In this document: piece by piece, positions 40,269-53,355 of the stretch | Layout: each line of letters opens with the position of its first letter | Numbering within the stretch: the stretch's first letter is position 1 | Assembly (NCBI RefSeq): GCF_001194135.2 | Contig: NC_068987.1 | Span: forward strand, 101,750,656 to 101,814,655 | Source of the DNA: Octopus bimaculoides | Lineage: Eukaryota | Reading direction: 5' to 3' | Length of the DNA stretch: 64,000 nucleotides | Notes under the pieces: generated by a model | What the model saw: the letters and a program-made list of their open reading frames with translations, nothing else | Databases searched by the model: none | Told to the model about the DNA's origin: nothing | Made by a program: the position numbers and the translations under genes

Positions 40269-40719
40269 GTATAAGCATACAAACTCAAACGCCAAAATAA
40301 AGTATTTGCTGTTTAACAAATCAGCATACACAATCGAACGAATATAGAGAAATATATAGTCACGCAGCTACACACATACTGATATACATATGCGCAGGAA
40401 AATCTGTGTCATGCGCAGATTGTCTGTATGTAGAGTAACAGAAATACATTTCCAGATAACACAGATAAATACACTGACGCAAACACACGCGTAGTCATGT
40501 GCACGTGTGTGCATTTTTTTCCTTTTCTCAGGCACGTATACATACGTACACAGTAAGGCTAAACAAAGGTAATATGCGTACAGTGCTAATGCATGCACAC
40601 ACGGAAACATACACAAGTTAGAAGCAGATTATCAGCAAGCAAGCGGTTTTTATATACACACAGACACACTCACAAACACACACACCTACACACAAACACA
40701 GAAACACAAACCACATAAT

Positions 40720-40769
<50 letters not shown>

Positions 40770-41112
40770 NNNNNNNNNNNNNNNNNNNNNNNNNNNNNNN
40801 NNNNNNNNNNNNNNNNNNNNNNNNNNNNNNNNNNNNNNNNNNNNNNNNNNNNNNNNNNNNNNNNNNNNNNNNNNNNNNNNNNNNNNNNNNNNNNNNNNNN
40901 NNNNNNNNNNNNNNNNNNNNNNNNNNNNNNNNNNNNNNNNNNNNNNNNNNNNNNNNNNNNNNNNNNNNNNNNNNNNNNNNNNNNNNNNNNNNNNNNNNNN
41001 NNNNNNNNNNNNNNNNNNNNNNNNNNNNNNNNNNNNNNNNNNNATCCATATCTATTCATCCCTCCCCCCTTCCTTCCTACATACATTCATAACTCCCTCC
41101 CTCCCACCCTCC

Positions 41113-41168
<56 letters not shown>

Positions 41169-41446
41169 CTATCTCTCGCTCTGTCTGTCTATCTACCTGT
41201 CTATCTATCGATCGATTGATCTATCTGTCTGTGTTGATAAAGAGCTGTGGACCCAGAAACCGGTCCTCAGATGTTGCTTTGTGCAGATCTCCCTGTTCGA
41301 AAACAGAAGGACACCCATATTGTGTCGTATAGCCAACTGGAAACGATGTTTTCTGGGGTTAAACACCAGTAACAAACCCCCTCCCATGACAGCCACATTA
41401 TGTTGTAAAATAGCCTTAATTTTATATATAAACACACACACACACA

Positions 41447-41527
<81 letters not shown>

Positions 41528-41853
41528 ATATATAATAATGAGGGCTATATAAAAAGGATATCCTTTAATATAGCGCAACTAATTGGCGCTCTTCGGGAGA
41601 AATAAGACTATAAGGCAAGAATGGAGAACAGATTTCATGGTCAAGTCCCTCTATCATAATAAATCACTTCGCATCATAGGCATCTTCATATACAGTAACA
41701 ATTCAAATACAAGCACACAAACCATGAAAGCGTATAATACATAAATGTACCTTCATTAATATCTTTGGTCTGAGCATTCACATTTTATGAATCAACGAAG
41801 TTAGAAGGTAGGGGTTCAAGGAGCGGTGGTGTTCGAAGAATTAGGATGAATCT

Positions 41854-42090
41854 TTAATTCTTACGATCGAGTTTCTTTTTATCATTTAGCGAGAAGAACC
41901 ATGTAATGACATCCCTGGTAGAACACCTGAGTGGTAGATCGACATTTCTTTCGAAGATAGGGATGATTTTATCGATGATGAATTTACTGATTCTGCCCCA
42001 GTCGGAATTCGTTGCGCAGATCAGTTTAATCGCTTGTTTACTCTCATAATCTTTCTTATGATCCTTCGAAATGAAATGAAGGATCATAGG
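41854..42090 (-). pseudogene. Penelope-like RT N-terminal fragment (KDHK type, possibly Naiad clade)
   Basis: FISKDHKKDYESKQAIKLICATNSDWGRISKFIIDKIIPIFERNVDLPLRCSTRDVITWF resembles TLKDHK.NF....RLINP.KSELG.ISK.IL..I......NQW..T..VI.WF. The clade call is from memory. Confidence 0.65.
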
Positions 42091-43763
42091 GGCATAAACC
42101 TATGTTCTAGCCAGTAGTTTAATCGCCTTAATTTGGTGACAGTGACTCTTATAAATTTCCTTCGATTTAGCATCAGTTACTGTATTTCCATATATTTTTG
42201 ATATCTTAATTTATTGATACCTCATATTTTTAATTGAGCTAAGTACCGAGTTAGAGCTCACCAACCTTCCAAGTAAATGGGTTCCAATCAAGCGATTTTT
42301 ATGAATTGTCAATTAAATTTTCATATATTTTATAAATTTTTCAAAAATATTCTTTTAAAAAATTTTATTTAGCCAAAAATATTTTTCTAACTAAAATCTC
42401 CACCTTGTTTTGCATCTTACTTGTGTGTGTGTGTGTGTGTGTGTGCGTACATATGTATGTATNNNNNNNNNNNNNNNNNNNNNNNNNNNNNNNNNNNNNN
42501 NNNNNNNNNNNNNNNNNNNNNNNNNNNNNNNNNNNNNNNNNNNNNNNNNNNNNNNNNNNNNNNNNNNNNNATATATGGAGAGAGAGAGAGAGACAAAGAG
42601 GAAGATAAAGAGAGACTGACAGACATATTGCTTGAGTTAAACCACTTCGGGTTGCTAGATAACTTAAACGCAGTACACTCTTTCAAAAGTATTCGTGCCT
42701 GGCCTCCAGTTTGACTGTGCCTTCCACCCTGATTAGCCAATAACAATCATGTGTTATTAGCTAGTGTGTGCTTTGTGCAGTAATATATCTTGAATGATTT
42801 GTATGAGCACGCTCGTGTATTAGTGTGTATACAGGTGTATATATTCATGCATACATGTATGTGTGTAAGCATCCACATATCTATATGGTTTGTTTATTCT
42901 TTCTGCAAAGCATTGTTCAAATTCTTACAATGTTCTTCCACCTGATGCTTTATCACATGACCTGATGTTTTCTATATCAGGTGCAAGTAATAGGAAATGA
43001 TGTTCCTCGCGGAAACCACCATCAACAACAGCAGCAACAACAACAGGAACACGAATAATTAAGAAAAAAAGAGGAGCAGGGGGGAAAAAAATTGTTTTCT
43101 CAATAGCAAATCGAAACAATGCAGGAACATAAAGTGAAAATTTATTACGAAACTTAAGCAATGTAATTGAAGCAACAACAATAGCCACAACAACAAAATC
43201 AATGACAACAACAACTACAAGCAATCACAAATGAAATATAAAACACTAAAAAATACAATCAAACTATGATAACACCACCAATAAGGATAATGTAACGATA
43301 ACTGCAGTATTAGCAATGGCGTCAACAATAACAGCCATTAAAATAACATGAAAACAAATGATGACGGCTATGTAATAGGAACAACGCCAGTAATAGCAAC
43401 TATAAAAAAATAAACATTAACGCAAAAACAACAGAACAGCAACAACAAGATGAGCTATAACGAAACAGTAATATTTATAAATTAACCAATTTGATTTATT
43501 GATTTAGTAAAACTTTCATTACGTTGGTTTAATTAACGAAATAGTCTCCCTTGAACGATTACCGAAAATGACTAATTACATTCTGAGAGACATCAAAGGG
43601 TAAATACTCAGTGTGATATTATTATTGTTTACACACATACATACATACATATATGCATATATGCACAAACACATACAAACAAAATGCACAAACACAAGTG
43701 CGTATACATGTGCATATATAATGCGCCTGTGTATACATATACATACATACATATATATATATG

Positions 43764-43836
<73 letters not shown>

Positions 43837-44007
43837 NNNNNNNNNNACATCAAAGGGTAAATACTCAGTGTGATATTATTATTGTTTACACACATACATA
43901 CATACATATATGCATATATGCACAAACACATACAAACAAAATGCACAAACACAAGTGCGTATACATGTGCATATATAATGCGCCTGTGTATACATATACA
44001 TACATAC

Positions 44008-44045
<38 letters not shown>

Positions 44046-44411
44046 GCGAATCGCACTACTTTTTTCTTTTCATCGTGGATTATGATGATGACGACGATGG
44101 TGATGATGATCATGATGATCATGATGATCATGATGATGACGACGACGATGCGAATGAGGATTATAATGATGATGCGGAAGAAGACGACGATTATTGTATT
44201 GAGAGGAACAGTTATAGTAATTGTGATGGAGATGATGTTTATAGTGTTGGTGATGATTATTATAAAAATATTGAAGCTGAAACTCGCTTCTTTTGTCTTC
44301 CATTTTCAATATTGTACAACAGATTAATTTGATCGTATAGTTCGTATTGTATCTCATTTTGATGTTATTGGTGTTATTGCCATAGTAATGATACAATTAT
44401 TGTTACTATCA

Positions 44412-44446
<35 letters not shown>

Positions 44447-44448
<2 letters not shown>

Positions 44449-44663
44449 GGCGGCGAGATGGAAGAGTCGTTAGCTCACTGGAGGATATGCTTAGCGGTAT
44501 TTCGCCCGTCGCTACGCTCTGAGTTCACATTATGCCGAGGTTGACTTTGCCTTTCATCTTTTCGAATTCGATAAATTAAGCACTTGTGATACACTGGGGT
44601 CGATATAAACGACTAGTCCCCTTCCCTCAAATTTCAGACCTTGTACCTATAGTAGAAAAAAAA

Positions 44664-44715
<52 letters not shown>

Positions 44716-44930
44716 GTAGTAGTAGTAGTAGTAGTAGTAGTACTAGTAGTAGTATTCTCGAATGGCAGTGGATTGGCAGAATCGTTAGAATATTGGACAA
44801 AATGGTTCGTATCCTTTTTAGATTCAGAGCGTAAAATAAGATGTGGAGGTTGACTATTCCTTTCATTATTCCATGGGTCGATGAGATAATGTGCTTGTCA
44901 AGTACTCTAGACGATTATATCGACCGTTCC
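44447..44930 (+). mobile_element. Two head-to-tail family-B SINEs (44447-44662 and 44762-44930) separated by (ATT)n(AGT)n
   Basis: AAGGCGGCGAGATGG...GTTAGC...GAGTTCAC...GAGGTTGACTTTGCCTTTCATC...GATAAATTAAG...GGGGTCGAT...CCTATAGTAGAAA(ATT)n. Confidence 0.85.
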
Positions 44931-46469
44931 CTACTTCTCATAACTGCTAGATTTTCTGCCTATATGAGAAACCATCATTACCGTGTTATGTAAATGTTTT
45001 CTAGTTTTGTCCCCAAATGAGAATACATTTGGCTCAAAATACTGGAAAATTGTGATTTCGACACCGTTTTATTCCAAGCATAACAAACTTTGTTTCTGCT
45101 TTGAAACGGCGGTGGATTGAACTAAAAACTCTTCCTCTCTTTATGACCTGAATTAAATCTGTGAGGTCAACTTTGCAGTCCAATACTGTGTTTGATGGCA
45201 TTAGTAAACTATTTTCCCGTATTAATGTTGACCTTTTGCCAAAATTTGAAACCATTATTATTGTTGTTGTTTTATCACTGAAATCTGCGTCTGCAAATTT
45301 GCTTGTTTCACATGTTTTTAATTTCTTTTCAGATAATTAATCCTAATTAGATATTTAATGCGTAGTACACACGCTCCCACGCACATACACACACGCACAC
45401 ATAGGCACGCACACGCACACACATATATTTAACGCAAATTTGACTATATCTTTCCATGAAGATGGCACGCCTGTGTAATTTTTCACAGTAATTTTTTTCC
45501 CTACATTTAATTGCAGTTAAACCCTATGGCCTTAACACCGATCAAATTTTAACATATTTTTGTGGTTGTTCTTTTTGCTTGCTGTTGGAACATGACGATT
45601 TAGTTAGTGGCCTCCGGCAATGACCCATTTAGTGTATCTATTTAATGCTTTCAACTTTAATTCAAGTGACGATAGGATATAAATTAAAGAAAACGTATGC
45701 AAAGATAACAGATTGTAATATGGATAGAGAATGAAGGAACATTACAAACAGGAGAAAAATTGAAAACATATGGGAAATAACAAAAGAGTTTTCTGAAAGG
45801 AAAATATGGATATAACAATAATTTGAAATTAATAAAGAGTAATTTGGTTAATTGTTGAATTTTCATTAAGTTCATTAAGAATTTTCCAAAATTTTAATGT
45901 CGCGACTATGTTACCTGTTATATGATCAATATAATCTTTGAACAATATATATAACATCAAACAAAATCACATAGGTACAACAATTATAATTTAAGTTTAT
46001 TTTCTTCTCATATTTCATGTTGCTGATAGGAACCAATGGAATGAAGACTAATTTTCAAAATGAAAATATGTATCAAATTAAAATAAAAGTAAAACACTTC
46101 ATCATTTGTATATTCGCAATATGTAATTAATTACGATAATAATGTTTAACTAAAAATTAATTTTTACGTACCATGTTGATGCATTTCCATATGAGATAAC
46201 GTTTTATCTGTTACGATTCCCGGCGCTATGAGTTCAAATATCACCGGGGACAATTTAATTTTTCTTTGTTTCGAGGTCGATAAAAGCAGTGCAAAAGCAG
46301 AGAGATAGTTTAGTGCAATGGTTCTCAACCGGGTTCTATATAACCTTTGGGAGACCACATAAGATATTGTTGCTAAAATCTATGGGCAATTAATTGGTTA
46401 TATTTATACAACACATACACACACAAACTCTTTTAACAATTATTTAATACAATTCCAAAAAATGATTTC

Positions 46470-46657
46470 AAATTTTTGCCACAAGGACAGCTTTGGGTAG
46501 AGGAGTAAGTCCATTGCATCGATCCCACTGTTACTTCATCCCGAAAGGATGAAAGTAAAGTCGACTTCGGTGGAATTTGAACTCAGAACGTAATGACAGA
46601 CGGAATACTGCTAAACATTTCGCCCGGCGTGCTACCGTTTCTGCCAGGTCGTCACCA
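46470..46657 (-). mobile_element. Family-B SINE
   Basis: CCCGAAAGGATGAAAGTAAAGTCGACTTCGGTGGAATTTGAACTCAGAACG...CATTTCGCCCGGCGTGCTA. Further degraded copies occur near 14072-14290 (+), 25425-25530 (+), 32555-32735 (-), 33600-33740 (+), 49575-49700 (-) and 55345-55515 (-). Confidence 0.8.
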
Positions 46658-47013
46658 TACATATAATGGTATTCTGAAAAGTTAACGTGCCAACTGCCGT
46701 CAGAATAAAAAAATATATATATTTACTATTTTTTACATACGTGAAATCTCAGAATTACACTATTTTCATGAAAAAGTTTTTTCGGTATAAACATATGTAT
46801 TTCTGACATTTCTCGGAATAAACCTAAAAAAAAGCAACATTGTAGTTTCATTCAAAATAAGTATACACACATGACCACACACACCACACTCACACACTCA
46901 CAGGCACACACATACACACAAACAACCGCACATACACACACATATGCATATATATATATTTTGATGTAAGTGTGCTCGTGCAATGTGATGTGATGAGTGT
47001 GCGTGTGTGTGCT

Positions 47014-47064
<51 letters not shown>

Positions 47065-47605
47065 GGATTTTGGGAAATGAAAATAAAGATGTCGATCTAG
47101 AAAAACACAGATGTATAGGAGAGACAGCTGAGGAGTGGAAAGAGAAATTGCGCATATATATATATATGATTGATAGAGAAATACGATTAAAATAGGAAAT
47201 ATCATACTTCTACTTCACATTCTTGAAGAGTTTTCATGTTGAAATACTTTTTCACATATGAAGAACTGTTAATGATAAGAATGTGTACAGCGGAAACGGA
47301 AGTGAGCTAAGTTAAAACGTAATAGCGTTTTAAAAATTCAACACTGATCGATTTCAAAGAGACTGGGTGGATTTGATTGATAACAATACAGGATAAACCA
47401 CTTGAGAACAGCAAATAGTCTTTATAGGCGAAAACTTGCATATTTATATACACACACATGCCAGACAGTAGTGAAAAGTATATAATGATATGAATTTCAG
47501 TGTTTTTTTTTTTCATGTATGTATGTATGTATGTATGTATGTATGTAGGTATGTATGTGTACGTACTTATATATATCTCCATCCATCCATCCATCCATCC
47601 ATCCA

Positions 47606-47657
<52 letters not shown>

Positions 47658-47659
47658 GA

Positions 47660-47703
<44 letters not shown>

Positions 47704-48021
47704 CGCGTGTGTGTGGAGGCATAGTGGCCTAAGCAACAACAATTTTGCTTCATACACTCCTTTTGTGCTGTTCTAGTGTGCAAACGAATACATTATTCTC
47801 GGGCTGTGGGTGACAGATTTGGTTCTTGTGGATCGCTGTGGGAAGGAGCACACAGACGCCTGCGTTCTGCAATGCGGTAACGTCATTCGAAGTCTAATGG
47901 GTTTTAATTAATGTCGTCCAGGAGGAGAGTTGCTTCCTCTCTTGACTGTTTCTGCATTCTTCACTCGTCCGAGTGTGCTCGAAATATGATTTTACACGAA
48001 TATATTAAACCTGCTTCGTCC

Positions 48022-48023
<2 letters not shown>

Positions 48024-48111
<88 letters not shown>

Positions 48112-48121
48112 CTCTCTCTCC

Positions 48122-48198
<77 letters not shown>

Positions 48199-48395
48199 AG
48201 TCTCTCTCACTCTCTCACTCTCCCTCTCTCTCTCGCACTCACACACTCTCTCTCTGAATCTCTCTCAGACACTCTCTGGCACTCACACACACTCTCTCTC
48301 ACTCTCTCTCTCTCGCTCTCTCGCACATACACTCTCTCTGTTTCTTTCTCTATCTCTCTTCTCTCTTCTCTCTCTCTCTCTCTCCCTCTCTCTCT
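48024..48395 (+). repeat. (CT)n-(CTAT)n-(CT/CA)n polypyrimidine tract
   Basis: Directly visible. It represents the many (TA)n, (CA)n, (CT)n, (GATA)n, (TATG)n and (AAT/AAC)n tracts across the window, e.g. 810-1080, 6940-7220, 10605-10680, 13610-13750, 36550-37145, 41100-41525, 54670-55015 and 57555-57835. Confidence 0.95.
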
Positions 48396-50480
48396 GTCTC
48401 TTTATGGACACACGCACAAACACATGCACGCACGCATTCATCTGTGTGCGTGAAAATGTGCGTGTATTGTGAGCATATTTCCCTGTTTTATAGACCCGTT
48501 TTTGCATTACATATTTTTCCTTGCATGCACTGCATTTGTGTCCCCTCCAAAAGGAAGGACTGTTATTATTATTATGATTATATTATCCAGTACGATTTTT
48601 GTAGATAATGTTAAAGTAATTCACGTCACACTTCAGACTCAAAGTTATGTCTATGATTTCTGACAGTCAATCAATAATGATTTGTAACTTTCGAAGACAA
48701 TTACATATTTGTAGCAGACTGGGACTTGTCTGTTACATTTTTTTAAGAGGCAATGAGAGATGCTCTACGATGAAAACCGACGTGCTTGAAATAGAAACAC
48801 TACCTCCTCAAACCACAACCGATTTTCTTGAAATGAGGGGACTCGTTGCATAATGTAGTATAAGGCACAGCATGCTTTTCAGAACAAAAAATAGGGCGGT
48901 CATTTGTGGAATGCAATTGTCTGATCATGAGTGACCTTGGATAATTCAGACGGAAGGACAATTCAAACGGCTCTGAATTTAGAGGACGTAGCTAAGTTAT
49001 TTTGTAAACCTTTATGAAGACAACGCTGGTTAATTACGTTGTTATGAATTGTTCCAACTCTTTCTACTCTGCGTTTAAAATCTCCTCGATAACAGCTTTG
49101 ATAATTGTCTTTCTGGAGGACGATAAAGTACCAGTCAAATACTGGTATCGACTTTTTTCCTCTCTCTCTTCCACCCTGTCTCTTTCAGTCTCTAAAACAA
49201 ATCTATCACAAAGTTATTCTGGACTTATTCTGCCGACTTATCGTTTCTGATTCGAAATCCTACCGTTAACTTTTACCGCTTATCCTCTTAGTATTCGATA
49301 AATAGATTACCAATGAAATTCTGAGATTGATTCTTAGCCTCTCTGTGTCTCTGTTGCACACTCTATATCAGAATCGGCGACATTCAGCAGTAAAAGAGAC
49401 GTGAATAGGCGACACACTCACTACAGATTGTTTGAAGGGCTAACCTCCTTTCACATGCATCAAAAGCCGCCCAAAGAAACTAGACATGGTGGACGTGGAG
49501 GTACACTTTCACTGTTTACTACAGAACAAAAAACAAATCTGCTAATCTTTATATTAAACTATAAAATTAATTTCTAAACTAGGCACGAGGTCTAAGTTTA
49601 GAGGCTGGTTAAAATCGATGATGTTGGCGCTTGTGTTTGGCAGATATGATATTTCATTGACTCCAGAATTTAAGACGAGGCCGACCTGTGAGGAATTTGA
49701 ACATAATAACAATGACGATTATTACTCACACAAGGCGCCGCATTATGAACGAAGAGAGAGTACGCGAATGAATCGACGTTCTGTAGAAAAGTGGTGTTAG
49801 TTAATTCTACAGAGAATTATATTTGACAGTTCTACCGAATTTGCCACTTCTTCCCCGACATAACAATTACAATAATATTAGGAATTTTAAAACATTTTAA
49901 GCATTTTAAGCTATTATTTCCCTTCCACAAACACATACAGAGACACGATCGCGTGCGCACACATATTCGTACTCCTACACACAGGCGTGCGCATACACGC
50001 GATCACATATTCTCTCTACGACATACGCGCACACAGACCTACACTAGCTCTCATATAATTGAGACATATCAATAGAATGAATTATTAATGTTAAATAATC
50101 TTCATATATGATGATAATATACATAGATACAAAGATTCATACATACTTACACACGCGCACACACACACACACACACACACATGTATGCATTTGTCATTTG
50201 TTAAATGCTTAAATTTCCCGTCTATTTGAAAACTAATTTTTCATATTATCTTTTCGGGATTGGGGGCCGGGGGCTGGGTAAAATACTCATTGTTTTGGTT
50301 TTATTGGAGGAAGAACATGCTTTTTTTTTTATTATTTAATTTTATTATTATTGGAGATGTCTTGAGTCATGATTCCGCTGAAGGGTTCCTTTCCCATATA
50401 CGTATTTATAGCTAAATATAGACAATGACACACCGTACGCGCATATAAACTCTCTCTCACACACACAGAATAACCACTGC

Positions 50481-50518
<38 letters not shown>

Positions 50519-50588
50519 TTGTGTATACCCTTCTGTACCAAAACATATAAACACACAAATCCCACCCCCTTTCTCCCCATCTCTCTTG

Positions 50589-50628
<40 letters not shown>

Positions 50629-51064
50629 TCATATTATATATGATATATATAAAATGTGGGCGTATACGCTAAATGAGTCAGTGATATTTGCATGATTGTA
50701 TATGTGTCTGAAAAAGCCATTATTACACAACGGAGACCGTTCAAATATAATCCCACCTCATTTTCATGAAATTTTTATGCATCTACTTTTATATCTATCT
50801 ACTTTGTATCTCTTAGCGCTAATGTATATATTTTGCCGAGCTGTTCTTTTAGAACATGAAGTGCTTAATGATACGTATCGGTTGTGGTGGTAATGTAGGA
50901 GTTATCTGCAATAATGTGAGATTGAAACCATTTATGCCAGCTTCAATTGCCAATGCCAATCAAATTTTATATTTTCTCTACATGACAAAAAAAGAAATAA
51001 GTAGCTAACGTATTTAGGGTGATGGGAAAGAGGATCGTGCAAAGAACCTTTAAGCGCAGTAACA

Positions 51065-51680
51065 ATAATAATAATGGTTTCAAATTTTGTCGCAAGTCCA
51101 GGAATTTTAGTTGAATAAAGGGTAGCCAATTATATTATCCTTCGTGCTCAACTGGTACTTATTTTATCGACTCCGACAGGACAGAAGGTAACATCGACCA
51201 AGGCTGAAGTTGAACTTAGAACGTAAAGAGCGGGAAGGACTGCGGCTTAGCATTTTGTCAGAATAAATAACAATCCTGCAGCTAGCCGCCTTCATAACAA
51301 TCCTTTCTAGTATAGGCACAAGGCCTGAAATGTTGGGGTAGGGAACAGACGATTACATCGACCCCACTATTCAATTGGTACTTATTTTATCGATCTCGAA
51401 GGATGAAAGGTAAAGTCGACCACGTGGAATTTGAACTCAGAACATATAAAGACGGACGAGTTGCTCCTGAGTATTTTACCCACGCGTGCTAACAACTCTG
51501 TCAGCTCGCCGCCTTAGCCATCTTCATAATAATAACTGTGGTTTCTAATTTCAGCACAAGGCCAGCAATTATAGGTGTTGGGGGTTTTAGTCGATGTCAT
51601 CGACTGCAGTTCTAGTGTGGTACTTAGTTTATCAACAATGGGGGAACGAAAAGGCAGAGTTAAATTCGGAGGGATTTAAA
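51065..51680 (-). mobile_element. Three head-to-tail family-B SINEs (51065-51292, 51294-51516, 51526-51680)
   Basis: Each unit shows the reverse complement of the family-B head (…CAGCTCGCCGCCTT), centre (GGTACTTATTTTATCGA...GGATGAAAGG.AAAGTCGACC) and/or tail (GCACAAGGCC). Confidence 0.85.
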
Positions 51681-51861
51681 ATATCTGTAAAATGGAAAAC
51701 TGTTCATAACATACCACAAGGCACGTTGTTCATGGCACTTTTGAGTCTTTGATTCTTAAAATTGATTGAAAACGAAACACTTTGAAAAAGTTAACAAACG
51801 ACTCTCTCTCTCTCTCTCTTTGTTTCCCTCTCTTTCTCTCTCTTTATTTTGTCCCCTTCTC

Positions 51862-51895
<34 letters not shown>

Positions 51896-52685
51896 GTTCT
51901 TTCGTTCGATCGTATGACGTAACTGTTTACGTGCATTTCTACCTGTCTGTTTGTCTATCTATATATTTATCTGAACACACACATACTCATTCGTATCTAT
52001 CTATCTATTTAAATATTGTTGTATTTCGGGATGGTCATTNNNNNNNNNNNNNNNNNNNNNNNNNNNNNNNNNNNNNNNNNNNNNNNNNNNNNNNNNNNNN
52101 NNNNNNNNNNNNNNNNNNNNNNNNNNNNNNNNNNNNNNNNNNNNNNNNNNNNNNNNNNNNNNNNNNNNNNNNNNNNNNNNNNNNNNNNNNNNNNNNNNNN
52201 NNNNNNNNNNNNNNNNNNNNNNNNNNNNNNNNNNNNNNNNNNNNNNNNNNNNNNNNNNNNNNNNNNNNNNNNNNNNNNNNNNNNNNNNNNNNNNNNNNNN
52301 NNNNNNNNNNNNNNNNNNNNNNNNNNNNNNNNNNNNNNNNNNNNNNNNNNNNNNNNNNNNNNNNNNNNNNNNNNNNNNNNNNNNNNNNNNNNNNNNNNNN
52401 NNNNNNNNNNNNNNNNNNNNNNNNNNNNNNNNNNNNNNNNNNNNNNNNNNNNNNNNNNNNNNNNNNNNNNNNNNNNNNNNNNNNNNNNNNNNNNNNNNNN
52501 NNNNNNNNNNNNNNNNNNNNNNNNNNNNNNNNNNNNNNNNNNNNNNNNNNNNNNNNNNNNNNNNNNNNNNNNNNNNNNNNNNNNNNNNNNNNNNTATATA
52601 TATATATATATGTATATATATGTAAATATATAAAAACAAAAAGTTAAAGAGAGCAAAGGTAAGGTTGAAGAATTTTATGGATAGA

Positions 52686-52734
52686 GTCTTACAGCTGTTT
52701 CTGGGAAGATCCAGTACTTCCCTTCATCGGAGAC
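52686..52734 (-). ncRNA. Identical hammerhead motif in the opposite arm of the foldback
   Basis: Exact reverse complement of 53307-53355. Confidence 0.75.
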
Positions 52735-53306
52735 AGAAAAAATAAAGTAATCGATTATATCCATAGGCGGATATGTTTAGTATGAAGTGGTAAAGAGTGT
52801 GATGTGCTAAAAAAAGAGAGAACAGTACTTGAAATGTAGTTTCATTCCAGTGGTAAATATCCGTGTAGAAATTCGTGCAAATTAATCCTTGCATGAATAA
52901 TCCGGAAATTTATGTTGGAACGAGAGTTGGTATAGCATAGATAGCAGAGGTATATGTATTCCATATTGCAATATATTTTTGCTTGTTTACTTGAAGAATG
53001 TCCAAGTCAAGTGAACATTTAGCGGTAATTAGGTCAAGTCAAGAAGATAGAATGTGCAAAAATCTATTGCAATATGGAATATATATACCTCTGCTATCTA
53101 TGCTATATCAACTCTCGTTCCAACATAAATTTCCGGATTATTCACGCAAGGATTAATTTGCACGAATTTCTACACGGATATTTACCACTGGAATAAAACT
53201 ACACTTCAAGTACTGTTCTCTCTTTTTTTAGCACATCACGCTCTTTACCACTTCATACTAAAAATATCCGCCTATGGATATAGTAATAGATTTCTTTATT
53301 TTTTCT

Positions 53307-53355
53307 GTCTCCGATGAAGGGAAGTACTGGATCTTCCCAGAAACAGCTGTAAGAC
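53307..53355 (+). ncRNA. Minimal type-I hammerhead motif with variant core CCGAUGA
   Basis: GUCU-CCGAUGA-A-GGGAAG-UACUGGAU-CUUCCC-A-GAAAC-AGCU-GUA-AGAC. Stem I GUCU/AGAC, 6-bp stem II, palindromic stem III ACAGCUGU, predicted GUA triplet. Confidence 0.75.

Noticed and set aside
43590-44046. Apparent exact ~200-bp tandem duplication (43590-43836 and 43847-44046)
   Set aside because: The identical copies flank a 10-N gap, the typical signature of unmerged overlapping contig ends. The same pattern occurs around 7037-7046.
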